NCBI GenBank assembly: GCA_903957805.1
Contig: CAJBQQ010000027.1
Coordinates: 1 to 35,782 of the forward strand
Source: an uncultured Pseudomonadota bacterium
GTDB taxonomy: Bacteria > Pseudomonadota > Gammaproteobacteria > Burkholderiales > Nitrosomonadaceae
Direction: 5' to 3'
Length of the DNA stretch: 35,782 nt
The translations under genes and the position numbers were made by a program. Every line of letters starts with the position of its first letter. Position 1 is the first letter of the stretch. The notes below the pieces were generated by a model. It did no database searches. It saw nothing but the letters and a program-made list of their open reading frames with translations, and was not told the DNA's origin. Of the stretch, positions 1 to 10,455 are shown piece by piece.

Positions 1-324
1 CCGCTGACCCGGACCGTGATGGTGCGTACGATGGTAGAGAACTCATCTCGTAAGCTAAAGCCCGATATGCTGGCGACCATGCATATTGTTGATAATCCGA
101 CTAAGAGTTTGGTGGTGCCGATATCGGCAGTGGTACGAGAAGCTAACCGTGATTATATTTTCCTATCTCAAGGTAATAATCAGTTCTTACGCATCCCTGT
201 CGAGCTTGGGCCAGAAGTTGCCGATATGCGTCCTGTAGTGAAGGGGGTTTCCCTAGGTCAGAAGATTGTGGTTGATGGTGCCTTTCACTTAGATAACGAG
301 CGGAAGCTCGCTGAACTGGAGTAG
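1..324 (+). CDS. C-terminal fragment of an RND efflux membrane-fusion (periplasmic adaptor) protein, CzcB/CusB-like; the 5' end lies outside the window
   Basis: Frame 1 is open from nt 1 (PLTRTVMVRT...) to TAG at 322-324. The C-terminal sequence (LKPDMLATMHIV..LVVPISAVV..VELGPEV..KIVVDGAFHL) is typical of HlyD/CzcB-type adaptors. The stop lies 2 nt before the RND permease start. Confidence 0.8.
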   Translation, partial: PLTRTVMVRTMVENSSRKLKPDMLATMHIVDNPTKSLVVPISAVVREANRDYIFLSQGNNQFLRIPVELGPEVADMRPVVKGVSLGQKIVVDGAFHLDNERKLAELE

Positions 325-326
325 CT

Positions 327-3300
327 ATGCTTGCCGCAATTGTGCGCGCCATGCTCAATCAGCGACTGCTAGTTGTAGTGGTCTCGCTTGGTCTGTGCGT
401 TGCCGGCGTGATCGCCACAAAGACCGTCTCGGTCGACGCTTTTCCTGATGTAACAAATATTCAAGTACAAGTCGCCACCGTTGCAGTTGGACGTAGTCCA
501 GAGGAGGTCGAGCGACTGGTTACGGTACCAATTGAGATTGCGATGACCGGCCTACCAGGTTTGGTTGAGATGCGCTCTATGAATAAGAGCGGACTATCTC
601 TCATCACGCTGGTATTTAACGACAAGACGGATGTCTACTTCGCTCGTCAGCTCGTGATGGAGCGATTGATCGAGGTATCTTCAAGAATGTTACCGGGCAT
701 TAGACCGGTACTCGGGCCAGTATCTACCGGTCTGGGAGAGGTATACCAGTATACGATTGAACACCCTGATGACGGTAAGCGCGAACTTACGTTCGATGAG
801 TTGATGGAGCGTCGCACGGTACAGGATTGGGTCGTGCGGCCGATGCTGCGCTCGATCAGGGGTGTAGCAGAAGTTAATTCGATCGGCGGCCATGTCAAGG
901 AGTACCAGGTTCTGGTTGACCCCAATCGGTTACGACACTATGACCTAACACTGGCGGCAATTGATCTGGCCCTTGCAAATAACAATGCGAATGCCAGTGG
1001 CAACATCCTGCCGACGGGTTCAGAGCAATATCTAATCCGTGGTGTTGGTTTGATCCGCTCATTAGACGACATTCGTAATATTGTTCTCAAGGAATTGGAG
1101 GGGGTACCTGTTTATGTGCGTGATGTAGCACAAGTGCAGTTTGGTGGTGAGGTCCGTCTGGGGGCCAGTATCAAGGATGGTTATACAGAATCTGTCACGG
1201 GCATCGTGATGATGCTACGTGGTGGTAATGCCAAGGATGTTGTCGGACGGGTCAAGGAGAAGGTTGCCGAGATCAATGATCGTGGGTTATTGCCTGACGG
1301 GCTTAAGATCGTACCCTTTTATGACCGGACAGATTTAGTGGATTCGGCATTGGGAACAGTCTACAGCACCCTAGTTGAGTCGTTAATCCTCGTGGTGGTG
1401 GTCTTATTTGTTTTCCTGGGTAATCTGCGGACCAGCTTGGTCGTATGCTCGACACTTGTCATCACCCCGCTGGTTACTTTTTTAGTGATGGATCAGCAAG
1501 GAATGCCGGCCAACCTGATGTCACTGGGTGGGCTAACGATCGCACTCGGAATGATGGTCGACCCTACTGTGGTGGTGGTGGAGAATATTTATCAAAAACT
1601 GAACTTGGCTCGAGGTACCGGCGCATCAAAGTTCGATATCATTGTGAAAGCGACCAGCGAGGTCGCCACGCCGGTTATCTTTGGTGTGATTGTGACAGTG
1701 CTCGTGTTCTTGCCGTTGATGACTCTGGAGGGGATGGAGGGCAAGATGTTCAGTCCTCTTGCAGTCACCATCGCCATTTCATTGATGGTGGCGCTATTTG
1801 TTTCAGTACTGCTATCACCGGTACTGAGCGCATATATCCTAAAGGGCGGATCGGATCAAGATACCAAGATCGTCGCGACCCTTAAGTCACGTTATCTGAT
1901 CTTACTCAATGCGGCCCTGGGAAATCAGAAGTCGACAATGATGATCGCGCTGGGATTACTCGCGATGGCATTCGTCTTGTTTCCATTCCTTGGTAAATCG
2001 TTCATTCCGATTATGAAAGAGGGTTCGATCACGCCGGTCATTATCCGGGTGCCATCGATTTCACTTGAGGATTCAGTCAAGCTGGAAACAGAAGCGATGA
2101 AACTGATTGCCGCTGTACCGGGAGTAAAGTTTGTGGTCTCCAAGCTTGGTCGCGGTGAATCACCTGCCGATCCAGCATCTCAGAATGAATCGGACCCGAT
2201 TGCAGTGCTTGACCTGGAGGAATCTGGTCGCACTCAGATTGAGATCGAGGAGGATATCCGAAAGACATTGAGGACGCTTCCTGGCGTTAATATAGTGATA
2301 GCGCAGCCGATCGAGCAACGAGTGGACGAGATGGTGACCGGGGTGAGATCACAGGTTGCGGTTAAGATTTTTGGTGATGATCTTGAAGAGCTACGGAAAT
2401 TATCTGAGCAGGTGGCTCGTATAGTTAAATCCACTCGAGGGGCTAGGGATCTTCGTATTGAACGATTATCAGGACAGCAGGAATTGACCATTGATATCGA
2501 TCGACGTGCGATCGCCCGTCATGGGCTCAACGTTGCTGAAGTAAACGAGCTCATTGCTACTGCAGTCGGCGGTAAGGCGGTCACCCAAGTATTTGAGGGT
2601 GAGCGTCGGTTTACGCTCTTGCTGCGTTATCCGCTACATTTCCGTAATGATGTCGAGGCCATCCGTGATCTCTTGCTGCGTCCTGTGGGTAATGCCGGTC
2701 CAGGCGGCCTAATTGCGCGCGGTGGCATACTTGTCCCACTGAGTGCTGTGGCGGATATCAAGGTGATCGATGGCCCAGCGGTGGTCTCACGAGAGTTTGC
2801 TAAACGTCGTGTAGTCGTTGGTGCCAATGTACATGATCGCGATCTGGGTGGTTTTGTTGCCGAATTGAAGGAGCGAACGGCTAAGGAGATGAAGCTCCCC
2901 CCTGGTTATTATTTCGAATGGGGTGGTCAGTTCCAGAATATGGAGCGCGCCATGTCGACACTCTCGGTGATCGTGCCGATTACACTTGCGCTGATTTTTT
3001 TCCTATTATTCATGTTATTTAATTCGGTCAAGCTCGCTACGCTGATCTTTCTGGCCTTACCATTTGCTTCGGTGGGCGGTGTTGTCGGCCTGTTCATTAC
3101 CGGTCAGTATCTATCGGTACCAGCATCGGTCGGATTTATCGCGGTCTGGGGAACATCCATATTAAATGGAGTGGTATTGATCGAGTTTATACGACAGCTA
3201 CGCTATGAAGGTCTGAGTGTGGCTGAGTCCGTGAAAAAGGGTTGTGAGCAGCGCTTCCGCCCCGTCATGATGACAGCTGCAACGACGATATTAGGATTGG

Positions 3301-3467
3301 CACCATTCCTATTTGCGAGTGGGTTGGGCTCCGAGGTGCAAAAGCCACTGGCCATCGTGGTGATTTGTGGATTAACGACCGCGACCCTGATGACGATGGT
3401 CTTAATGCCGATGCTGTACCGATGGTTCGATGATCAGCCTGTCGAGAAGCCTGAGTCTTTAGCTTAA
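327..3467 (+). CDS. Heavy-metal-efflux (HME) type RND inner-membrane permease, CusA/CzcA family
   Basis: The 1046-aa ORF has 12-TM RND architecture with two large periplasmic loops. The N-terminus (RLLVVVVSLGLCVAG..VDAFPDVTNIQVQV) and the TM4 region (SLGGLTIALGMMVDPTVVVVEN) closely resemble CusA/CzcA. It sits directly behind an adaptor gene. Confidence 0.9.
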   Translation: MLAAIVRAMLNQRLLVVVVSLGLCVAGVIATKTVSVDAFPDVTNIQVQVATVAVGRSPEEVERLVTVPIEIAMTGLPGLVEMRSMNKSGLSLITLVFNDKTDVYFARQLVMERLIEVSSRMLPGIRPVLGPVSTGLGEVYQYTIEHPDDGKRELTFDELMERRTVQDWVVRPMLRSIRGVAEVNSIGGHVKEYQVLVDPNRLRHYDLTLAAIDLALANNNANASGNILPTGSEQYLIRGVGLIRSLDDIRNIVLKELEGVPVYVRDVAQVQFGGEVRLGASIKDGYTESVTGIVMMLRGGNAKDVVGRVKEKVAEINDRGLLPDGLKIVPFYDRTDLVDSALGTVYSTLVESLILVVVVLFVFLGNLRTSLVVCSTLVITPLVTFLVMDQQGMPANLMSLGGLTIALGMMVDPTVVVVENIYQKLNLARGTGASKFDIIVKATSEVATPVIFGVIVTVLVFLPLMTLEGMEGKMFSPLAVTIAISLMVALFVSVLLSPVLSAYILKGGSDQDTKIVATLKSRYLILLNAALGNQKSTMMIALGLLAMAFVLFPFLGKSFIPIMKEGSITPVIIRVPSISLEDSVKLETEAMKLIAAVPGVKFVVSKLGRGESPADPASQNESDPIAVLDLEESGRTQIEIEEDIRKTLRTLPGVNIVIAQPIEQRVDEMVTGVRSQVAVKIFGDDLEELRKLSEQVARIVKSTRGARDLRIERLSGQQELTIDIDRRAIARHGLNVAEVNELIATAVGGKAVTQVFEGERRFTLLLRYPLHFRNDVEAIRDLLLRPVGNAGPGGLIARGGILVPLSAVADIKVIDGPAVVSREFAKRRVVVGANVHDRDLGGFVAELKERTAKEMKLPPGYYFEWGGQFQNMERAMSTLSVIVPITLALIFFLLFMLFNSVKLATLIFLALPFASVGGVVGLFITGQYLSVPASVGFIAVWGTSILNGVVLIEFIRQLRYEGLSVAESVKKGCEQRFRPVMMTAATTILGLAPFLFASGLGSEVQKPLAIVVICGLTTATLMTMVLMPMLYRWFDDQPVEKPESLA

Positions 3468-3537
3468 TCTCAATTGTAATAAAGCCCCTTGCTGTCATAG
3501 TCTGTAACGATCCCATCGTTGCGGATTCCCGGTGTAA

Positions 3538-4452
<915 letters not shown>

Positions 4453-4513
4453 TAAATTCTTCGATATTGGTCTCTGAATTTATAGAAGAATCCTTTAAGC
4501 AGACAAGAAACTC

Positions 4514-5110
4514 ATGGCAAATAAGCCCGGTGAAAGAAAGCTTCAGATCCTGCAGGTCCTGGCCGAGATGCTCGAGAATCCTCGTGCGGAGAGGATCACG
4601 ACCGCATCCCTAGCGGCCAAGCTCGAAGTGTCCGAGGCAGCCCTTTACCGACACTTCGCTAGTAAGGCTCAGATGTTTGAAGGGCTAATCGATTTCATTG
4701 AGCAGACTCTGTTTAGCCTCATCAATAAACTCATTGCTGATGAGAAGGATGGGGTCCGGCAGATTGATGGAATGCTGTCACTGTTATTGGGCTTTGCTAA
4801 GAAGAATCCCGGTATGACCAGGGTACTGATCGGAGATGCTCTGGTAAACGAGAATGATCGTCTGCAGGTACGGATTAATCAGCTTCACGACCGTCTCGAG
4901 GCGACGTTGAAACAGGCGTTACGCTTCTCTGCTGGTGAGGGGGAGATTGGATCCGGTCAGGATGCAGGGGCCCAAGCGAATCTAATGATGTGTTACGTTA
5001 TCGGTCGCTGGCACCAGTTTGCCAAGAGCGGTTTCAAGCGCGACCCGCTGGAGTATTGGGAGCTGCAGAGACAAGAATTGTTATCCGGTGGTCATAATTC
5101 AGGTCGTTAG
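4514..5110 (+). CDS. slmA: Nucleoid occlusion factor SlmA (TetR family)
   Basis: 198 aa. The HTH region [37 protein letters not shown] is nearly collinear with E. coli SlmA ([37 protein letters not shown]). The [16 protein letters not shown] and [10 protein letters not shown] blocks also match. Confidence 0.85.
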   Translation: [198 protein letters not shown]

Positions 5111-5874
5111 CTTGTCTGTTCCATTTCCTTTACACCGCATAACGGGCATGAGGGATCTTTTTTCAGTGTGACCGAGCGCCATCTCATCGTCAGGCCATCG
5201 AGTAGTAGCAGACGGCCACTCAGAGTCTCCCCAAACCCAATGAGTATCTTGAGTGCCTCCGCCGCTTGCGTGCATCCGATGATGCCGGTCATTGGTGCAA
5301 ATACTCCCATCACCGAGCACTGCATATCTTCATCCTCACCATCGGTGGGGAATAGGCAGTGATAACACGGGCTATCACGATGACGAAAATCAAAGACGGT
5401 GACCTGGCCCTCAAAACGCACAGCTGCACCTGATACGAGAGGCTTTCTATTGCTAAAGCAGGCCCTGTTCAGTGCGTGACGAGTGCTGAAGTTGTCACTT
5501 GCATCTAGCACCACATCAGATTCTAAGACGAGTCTGTTCAGGCTATCCTGATCGACACGCTCGTGCAGTGCGACTACATTTACTTCCGGATTGATGTCTG
5601 AAAGGGTTCTCTTTGCGGATTCGACCTTGGGGATGCCGACCGCGGCAGAGTGATGAATGATCTGTCTTTGAAGGTTGGTGAGATCGACCATGTCATGGTC
5701 GCACAGGGTAATCTTACCTATACCGCTTGCAGCTAGATACATCGCAGCTGGGGAGCCTAGCCCCCCAGCACCGATGATGAGTGCATGTGACTGGAGTAGT
5801 TTTCCCTGCCCCTCAATGCCAATCTGAGGGAGCAGGATGTGGCGACTATAGCGCAGCAACTGGTTATCATTCAT
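5107..5874 (-). CDS. moeB: Molybdopterin-synthase adenylyltransferase (ThiF/MoeB/HesA family)
   Basis: 255 aa. Contains LRYSRHILLPQIG, the GxGxxG nucleotide loop (IIGAGGLGSPAAMYLA), NLQRQ, and two CxxC pairs (CYHC, CPLC) for structural Zn. It is collinear with E. coli MoeB. Confidence 0.85.
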   Translation of the reverse strand: MNDNQLLRYSRHILLPQIGIEGQGKLLQSHALIIGAGGLGSPAAMYLAASGIGKITLCDHDMVDLTNLQRQIIHHSAAVGIPKVESAKRTLSDINPEVNVVALHERVDQDSLNRLVLESDVVLDASDNFSTRHALNRACFSNRKPLVSGAAVRFEGQVTVFDFRHRDSPCYHCLFPTDGEDEDMQCSVMGVFAPMTGIIGCTQAAEALKILIGFGETLSGRLLLLDGLTMRWRSVTLKKDPSCPLCGVKEMEQTS

Positions 5875-5914
5875 ATCTGTGACGCGATCAACCCAGCAGT
5901 CACCGCCAGTATGG

Positions 5915-7351
5915 TCAGTTGCCGTTTTCTGTAGTTTTCTTTTCTGGTTCTGGAACGATACCCTTGAGGCGGTTCATCGCCTGCGTCAGCAGTAAGTCAC
6001 TGCTCGATCCAAACTCCATCGGAAGGTTAGGTTTTTTGCTGCTCTCATCCTCATCCTCAGGCTTGACGGGTGTCTTGATTGCAGGCTTTGGAGCGGCCTT
6101 TACTACCTCAGGAGGCACAGTCTTATCGACCTTTCCGTTACTCAGGTGGCGATCCAGATCGGCTTCGCGCAGACGCGAAGATTCATCCTTTGCTGAGGCA
6201 TCAGCAATATCTGGGGTAATTCCCTTGGCCTGGATGGATTGTCCGTTGGGTGTGTAATACCGTGCAGTGGTCAGCTTGATGGCGGTATTGTTGCCAAGAG
6301 GTAGTATCGTTTGTACTGATCCCTTACCGAATGTCTGGGTACCCATTACGACAGAACGTTTATGATCTTGTAATGCACCCGCGACAATTTCAGATGCAGA
6401 GGCAGATCCAGCATTTACCAGCGTGACCATGGGAACGGTCTTGATCTCTGGTGGCAATCCCTTCAGATAGTCACCTTTAGAGTCACGCAAATAAAACTCG
6501 GGGCTGGCCTTAAGTCTCATCTTGGCATCATCGGTTCGTCCATCGGTATACACCACGAGTGAGTCAGATGGTAAGAAGGCGGCAGACACCGCAACCGCAC
6601 CATTTAACAGTCCGCCCGGGTTGTTACGCATATCCAGAACTAGCCCCTTCATCGGTACTGTGCTCTCTTTAAAAAGCTTATCGATTGCCTTGGCAAGATT
6701 CTCGCCGGTTTGCTCCTGAAATTGGGTGATACGAATATACGCATAGCCAGGCTCAATCAATTTCGATTTGACGCTCTGAATCTTAATGATGGCCCGTGTC
6801 AGCGTAAATATCAGTGGCTTATTCTCACCCTTACGAGATACCGTGATACTGATCGGGGTATTCGGTTTCCCACGCATGCGCTTGATTGCATCGCTTAAAG
6901 ATAGGCCCTTGACCGCGGTATCGTCTAGCTTGACGATCAGATCGCCGGTCTTAATACCTGCTCGGAATGCGGGGGTATCTTCAATGGGTGAGATCACCTT
7001 AACAAATCCATCCTCCATGGTGACCTCAATGCCCAGTCCACCGAACTCGCCCTGAGTACCGATCTGAAGTTCCTTGTAGGCCTCTATATCAAGATAGGCA
7101 GAGTGGGGGTCAAGTCCGGTCAGCATTCCGCTGATGGCTTCATTGATGAGCTTCTTGTCCTCTACCGGTTCAACATAGTCACTCTTGATACGACCGAATA
7201 CCTCGGTAAAGGCGCGTAACTCTTCAACCGGAAGTGGGCGCAGAACTTCTTTTGTATCCTTGTTGGCCACCGCAGAAAAGTTAAGGCTGAGCATCACGCC
7301 TGCGACAGCGCCCACAAGGATCAATCCAAATTGTTGCATCTTGTTGCGCAT
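5915..7351 (-). CDS. ctpA: Carboxy-terminal processing protease, S41 family with PDZ domain
   Basis: 478 aa. Has a signal/anchor N-terminus, a PDZ block (GGLGIEV..GDLIVKLDD), the S41 catalytic Ser context (NAGSASASEI) and Lys context (TFGKGSVQ). A GGAGAG RBS lies upstream of the ATG at 7351. Confidence 0.9.
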   Translation of the reverse strand: MRNKMQQFGLILVGAVAGVMLSLNFSAVANKDTKEVLRPLPVEELRAFTEVFGRIKSDYVEPVEDKKLINEAISGMLTGLDPHSAYLDIEAYKELQIGTQGEFGGLGIEVTMEDGFVKVISPIEDTPAFRAGIKTGDLIVKLDDTAVKGLSLSDAIKRMRGKPNTPISITVSRKGENKPLIFTLTRAIIKIQSVKSKLIEPGYAYIRITQFQEQTGENLAKAIDKLFKESTVPMKGLVLDMRNNPGGLLNGAVAVSAAFLPSDSLVVYTDGRTDDAKMRLKASPEFYLRDSKGDYLKGLPPEIKTVPMVTLVNAGSASASEIVAGALQDHKRSVVMGTQTFGKGSVQTILPLGNNTAIKLTTARYYTPNGQSIQAKGITPDIADASAKDESSRLREADLDRHLSNGKVDKTVPPEVVKAAPKPAIKTPVKPEDEDESSKKPNLPMEFGSSSDLLLTQAMNRLKGIVPEPEKKTTENGN

Positions 7352-7382
7352 TACACTCTCTCCAGACTTGTATTGTTGCCAA

Positions 7383-8555
7383 TCATTTTATTTTGACCCA
7401 GTTCAAGGGGTCAAACGGTTTCCCTTGATGGCGCAGTTCAAAGTATAAACCGGAATCCGCATTGCCGCCGCTGTTTCCTACTGCGGCAATGGTATCGCCG
7501 CTATTTACAGAGTCACCCACCCGCTTATGAATAGACTCATTATTGCCATAGAGGCTCATGTAACCCGACCCATGATCAACGATCATGAGATTTCCGAAGC
7601 CCCTTAACCAGTCCGCAAATACGACACGACCGGCTGCAATGGACTTGACCTCTTCACCGCTGGATGCGCGAATGAATAGACCCTTCCATGTCATCCCGCC
7701 ATCAGATCTTCGGCTACCAAACCGGTTGATTAGTTCCCCCCTAATCGGCAGACTCAAGCGACCCTTGAGTGCCGCGAATGGGTTTCCATCTGTGGATGCA
7801 TCGGGTAGTCTGCTATTACTCAGTGTTGATACTCTATTTTTTTGAGCGAGCAGCTTACCGATTCTCTCAACCAGACGGGAGAGCCTCTCTTCGTCGCGTT
7901 TGAGCTTGCTTATCTCTTGCCTCTGCTGTTCAACTTGGAGAGAGATGTTCGCGAGTAGTTTTTTATGCCCTGCTTTTTCCTGTTCTAGATGCTTCTTCTG
8001 CTTGGCCTGTTCAGCCCGAATGGCTGCAATCTCTAGGCTTTTATTGTGGCTCTCACGGGTGAGTTCATCAAGCTGCTCAAGGCTGGTTCTGAGTGCATTA
8101 ATACTCTCTATATGCGCTCGTGAGAGATAGTTGTAGTAGTGCAGTTCACGCGCAATCAGATTCGGATCTTGTTGATTTAGAAGCAGACGTAGATACTCAT
8201 GCTGCCCCCCAACGTATTGACGGTAGAGTAACTTGGCAAGCTGAAGCTGTTGCCTGTCGATATCGCTCTTGACCGTATTGGACCGGGTTTGTAGCTGGCT
8301 GAGTGAGCCATTGGCCGCTCGCTGCTCCTGAGCCAGCTCGGCCAACTTCCGGCTTGCGCCGCTGATGGCTTGCTCTGATTCACGTAATGCATCCGCCGCT
8401 TCAGATCTGGACTCTTCCTTACTTGCCAGGTCTTTCTGTAGCGCATCAATGCGTTGTCGGAGTTGCTTTAGATCCTCTGGACTGCTTTTAGGAGGGGCTG
8501 CATGGATTGGGTACGACAGCAGTAGGACGCAGGGCAGAATGAATTTTAAAAGCAT
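7383..8555 (-). CDS. envC: Murein hydrolase activator EnvC (coiled coil plus degenerate LytM/M23 domain)
   Basis: A long coiled-coil N-half is followed by a C-terminal M23 domain whose metal ligands are degenerate (SGLYFELRHQGKPFDP instead of HLHFE), as in E. coli EnvC. The start is set at the ATG at 8555 (MLLKFILPC.. signal peptide), which has an AAGGAG RBS 8 nt upstream. The longest ORF would start at 8594. Confidence 0.8.
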   Translation of the reverse strand: MLLKFILPCVLLLSYPIHAAPPKSSPEDLKQLRQRIDALQKDLASKEESRSEAADALRESEQAISGASRKLAELAQEQRAANGSLSQLQTRSNTVKSDIDRQQLQLAKLLYRQYVGGQHEYLRLLLNQQDPNLIARELHYYNYLSRAHIESINALRTSLEQLDELTRESHNKSLEIAAIRAEQAKQKKHLEQEKAGHKKLLANISLQVEQQRQEISKLKRDEERLSRLVERIGKLLAQKNRVSTLSNSRLPDASTDGNPFAALKGRLSLPIRGELINRFGSRRSDGGMTWKGLFIRASSGEEVKSIAAGRVVFADWLRGFGNLMIVDHGSGYMSLYGNNESIHKRVGDSVNSGDTIAAVGNSGGNADSGLYFELRHQGKPFDPLNWVKIK

Positions 8556-8636
8556 CTTCAGCAACTCCTTACGGAGATACGGGGATGTTTTCAATCGTTA
8601 TTACGCCAGGAGAGGGTCATGAGAGGAGATTAAGCT

Positions 8637-9389
8637 TTATGATGACTTTGATTTTCCCTGATTGGCCACGGCCTGTTGGGCCTTTTCAATCTCCAACTGA
8701 TCACCCAGGTAGTAGTTTCGGATGGGTTTCAAATCATCGTCAAGTTCGTACACCAGGGGTATACCGGTCGGAATATTTAATTCTAGGATATCCCCATCAG
8801 AAATATTATCAAGATACTTGACCAGTGCCCTCAGTGAATTGCCATGGGCGGCAATGATGACCCGTTGTCCGGATCGAAGTGCTGGGGCAATAGTCTCATT
8901 CCAGTAAGGGAGGAACCGGGTTACCGTGTCCTGTAGGCATTCAGATAGGGGGATGTCTTCCTTGGCCATACTCAGGTAGCGTGGATCAGATCCAGGGTAT
9001 CGGTCATCCTGAGTCGTTAATGCAGGTGGTCGGATATCGTAGCTTCGTCGCCAGATCCGCACCTGTTCGTCCCCATAAATAGCGGCTGTTTCAGCCTTGT
9101 TTAGACCTTGCAGGGCGCCATAGTGCCGTTCATTTAATCGCCAGGAGAGATTGATCGGGATCCACATCTGATCCATCTCATCCAGGGCAATCCATAAGGT
9201 ACGGATGGCACGTTTTAATACTGAAGTATAGGCAACATCAAATACGAATCCATTCTCACGCAATAATCTGCCCGAATTCCTAGCCTCTTCCAGCCCTTTT
9301 TTCGATAAATCTACATCGGTCCAACCTGTAAATCGATTTTCCTCGTTCCAGGTACTTTCTCCATGCCGCAGGAGAACAAGCTTCTTCAT
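8637..9389 (-). CDS. gpmA: 2,3-bisphosphoglycerate-dependent phosphoglycerate mutase
   Basis: Contains the [12 protein letters not shown] phosphohistidine motif, RHYG and [10 protein letters not shown]. The start is set at the ATG at 9389 ([12 protein letters not shown]), as in GpmA homologs. The longest ORF starts at 9419. Confidence 0.95.
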   Translation of the reverse strand: MKKLVLLRHGESTWNEENRFTGWTDVDLSKKGLEEARNSGRLLRENGFVFDVAYTSVLKRAIRTLWIALDEMDQMWIPINLSWRLNERHYGALQGLNKAETAAIYGDEQVRIWRRSYDIRPPALTTQDDRYPGSDPRYLSMAKEDIPLSECLQDTVTRFLPYWNETIAPALRSGQRVIIAAHGNSLRALVKYLDNISDGDILELNIPTGIPLVYELDDDLKPIRNYYLGDQLEIEKAQQAVANQGKSKSS

Positions 9390-9599
9390 GTGGGCCTTTA
9401 CTTTATAAAAAGAATGCAATTATCTATGAAACGTTTTGAAATCCTATGCATTTTAATATATTTTGCTATTTGCCGCAGCAAGCGATTATTGGGAATAGTA
9501 GTAAAATTTCAGCGTGTCTTGCAAAAGAAAGTATCTGAAAGGTGCTACTTTTATCGACTTCCCAGCTAAAACTTGTTTTGTGTCGGTTGAAACAAGAGG

Positions 9600-9629
9600 G
9601 TCACAGGATGTTACAGTCTCTGATAAAAT
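9600..9629 (+). promoter_or_regulatory. Candidate sigma70 promoter for yibN-grxC-secB (-35 GTCACA, 18-nt spacer, extended -10 TGATAAAAT)
   Basis: Found by visual match only, about 30 nt upstream of the ATG at 9661 in the AT-rich 271-bp divergent intergenic region shared with gpmA. Confidence 0.25.
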
Positions 9630-9660
9630 CAAAAAAATCTAACAGGATGAATAAATAGAT

Positions 9661-10080
9661 ATGGATTCAGTATTCGTACAAAATAATCTTGCGATGATCA
9701 TGGCTGCTGCCGTCAGCGGGGGCATGCTTCTGTGGTCTTTTTTATCTTCCAGTCGCTCGGGTAGTGAGATCGACACACTGGTCGCTGTTCAGCTCATCAA
9801 CTACAAGGACGGACTGGTACTGGATGTTCGGGAGGGGAGCGAGTACGAGGGCGGCCATATCGTTAATTCAAAACACATTCCTGGAGACAAGCTTGAGGAC
9901 CGGATACAGGAGCTGGAAAAATTCAAAAGCAACCCCATCGTGATCATTCACCGTAGCGGTGCGAATAGCACAGGTAAGGCCGGCTCTATTCTGAGTAAGC
10001 ATGGCTTTGCTCATGTTCACAATCTTGCCGGCGGTATCGATACATGGCAGAAGGCAAATCTACCCATCGTGAAGAAGTAA
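9661..10080 (+). CDS. yibN: Membrane-anchored single rhodanese-domain protein, YibN-like, without any cysteine
   Basis: 139 aa with an N-terminal TM segment (IMAAAVSGGMLLWSFL) and a rhodanese fold (LVLDVRE..EYEGGHI..PIVIIHRSGANS..LAGGIDTW). It occupies the position immediately upstream of grxC-secB-gpsA, as yibN does in E. coli. The exact start is uncertain. Confidence 0.75.
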   Translation: MDSVFVQNNLAMIMAAAVSGGMLLWSFLSSSRSGSEIDTLVAVQLINYKDGLVLDVREGSEYEGGHIVNSKHIPGDKLEDRIQELEKFKSNPIVIIHRSGANSTGKAGSILSKHGFAHVHNLAGGIDTWQKANLPIVKK

Positions 10081-10090
10081 AGGCAACCAC

Positions 10091-10348
10091 ATGGCCAGAG
10101 TAGTTCTATACTCAACCGGTAGCTGCCCTTACTGTGTCATGGCTGAACGTCTCTTGCGATCAAAAGGGGTGACCGAGATCGAAAAGATTCGGGTCGATCT
10201 GGATCCTGCGAGACGTGCCGAGATGATGGAGAGAAGCTCCCGCAGAACTGTCCCACAGATTTATATCGATGATACTCATGTCGGTGGATATGATGATCTG
10301 GTGCAACTTGATCATGATCATCAGTTGGAAAAGATGCTGATGGAATGA
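10091..10348 (+). CDS. grxC: Glutaredoxin 3
   Basis: 85 aa with a CPYC active site, TVPQIYI and GGYDDL motifs. Confidence 0.9.
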   Translation: MARVVLYSTGSCPYCVMAERLLRSKGVTEIEKIRVDLDPARRAEMMERSSRRTVPQIYIDDTHVGGYDDLVQLDHDHQLEKMLME

Positions 10349-10455
10349 CGCATGTCCATCCGTAGTTCGACGGTTTTCCTAAACAATCGCAATCCTACGA
10401 CACTGGCTGTTATCTTGGTGAGGCACTTTTTAAAACAGTCAAATTGGAATCTATC

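Noticed and set aside
1445-1885. 146-aa plus-strand ORF in an alternative frame inside the RND permease gene
   Set aside because: It is fully embedded in a strongly supported 1046-aa CDS. The product is Arg/Gly-rich and low-complexity, typical of an off-frame read of GC-balanced coding DNA, and there is no RBS.
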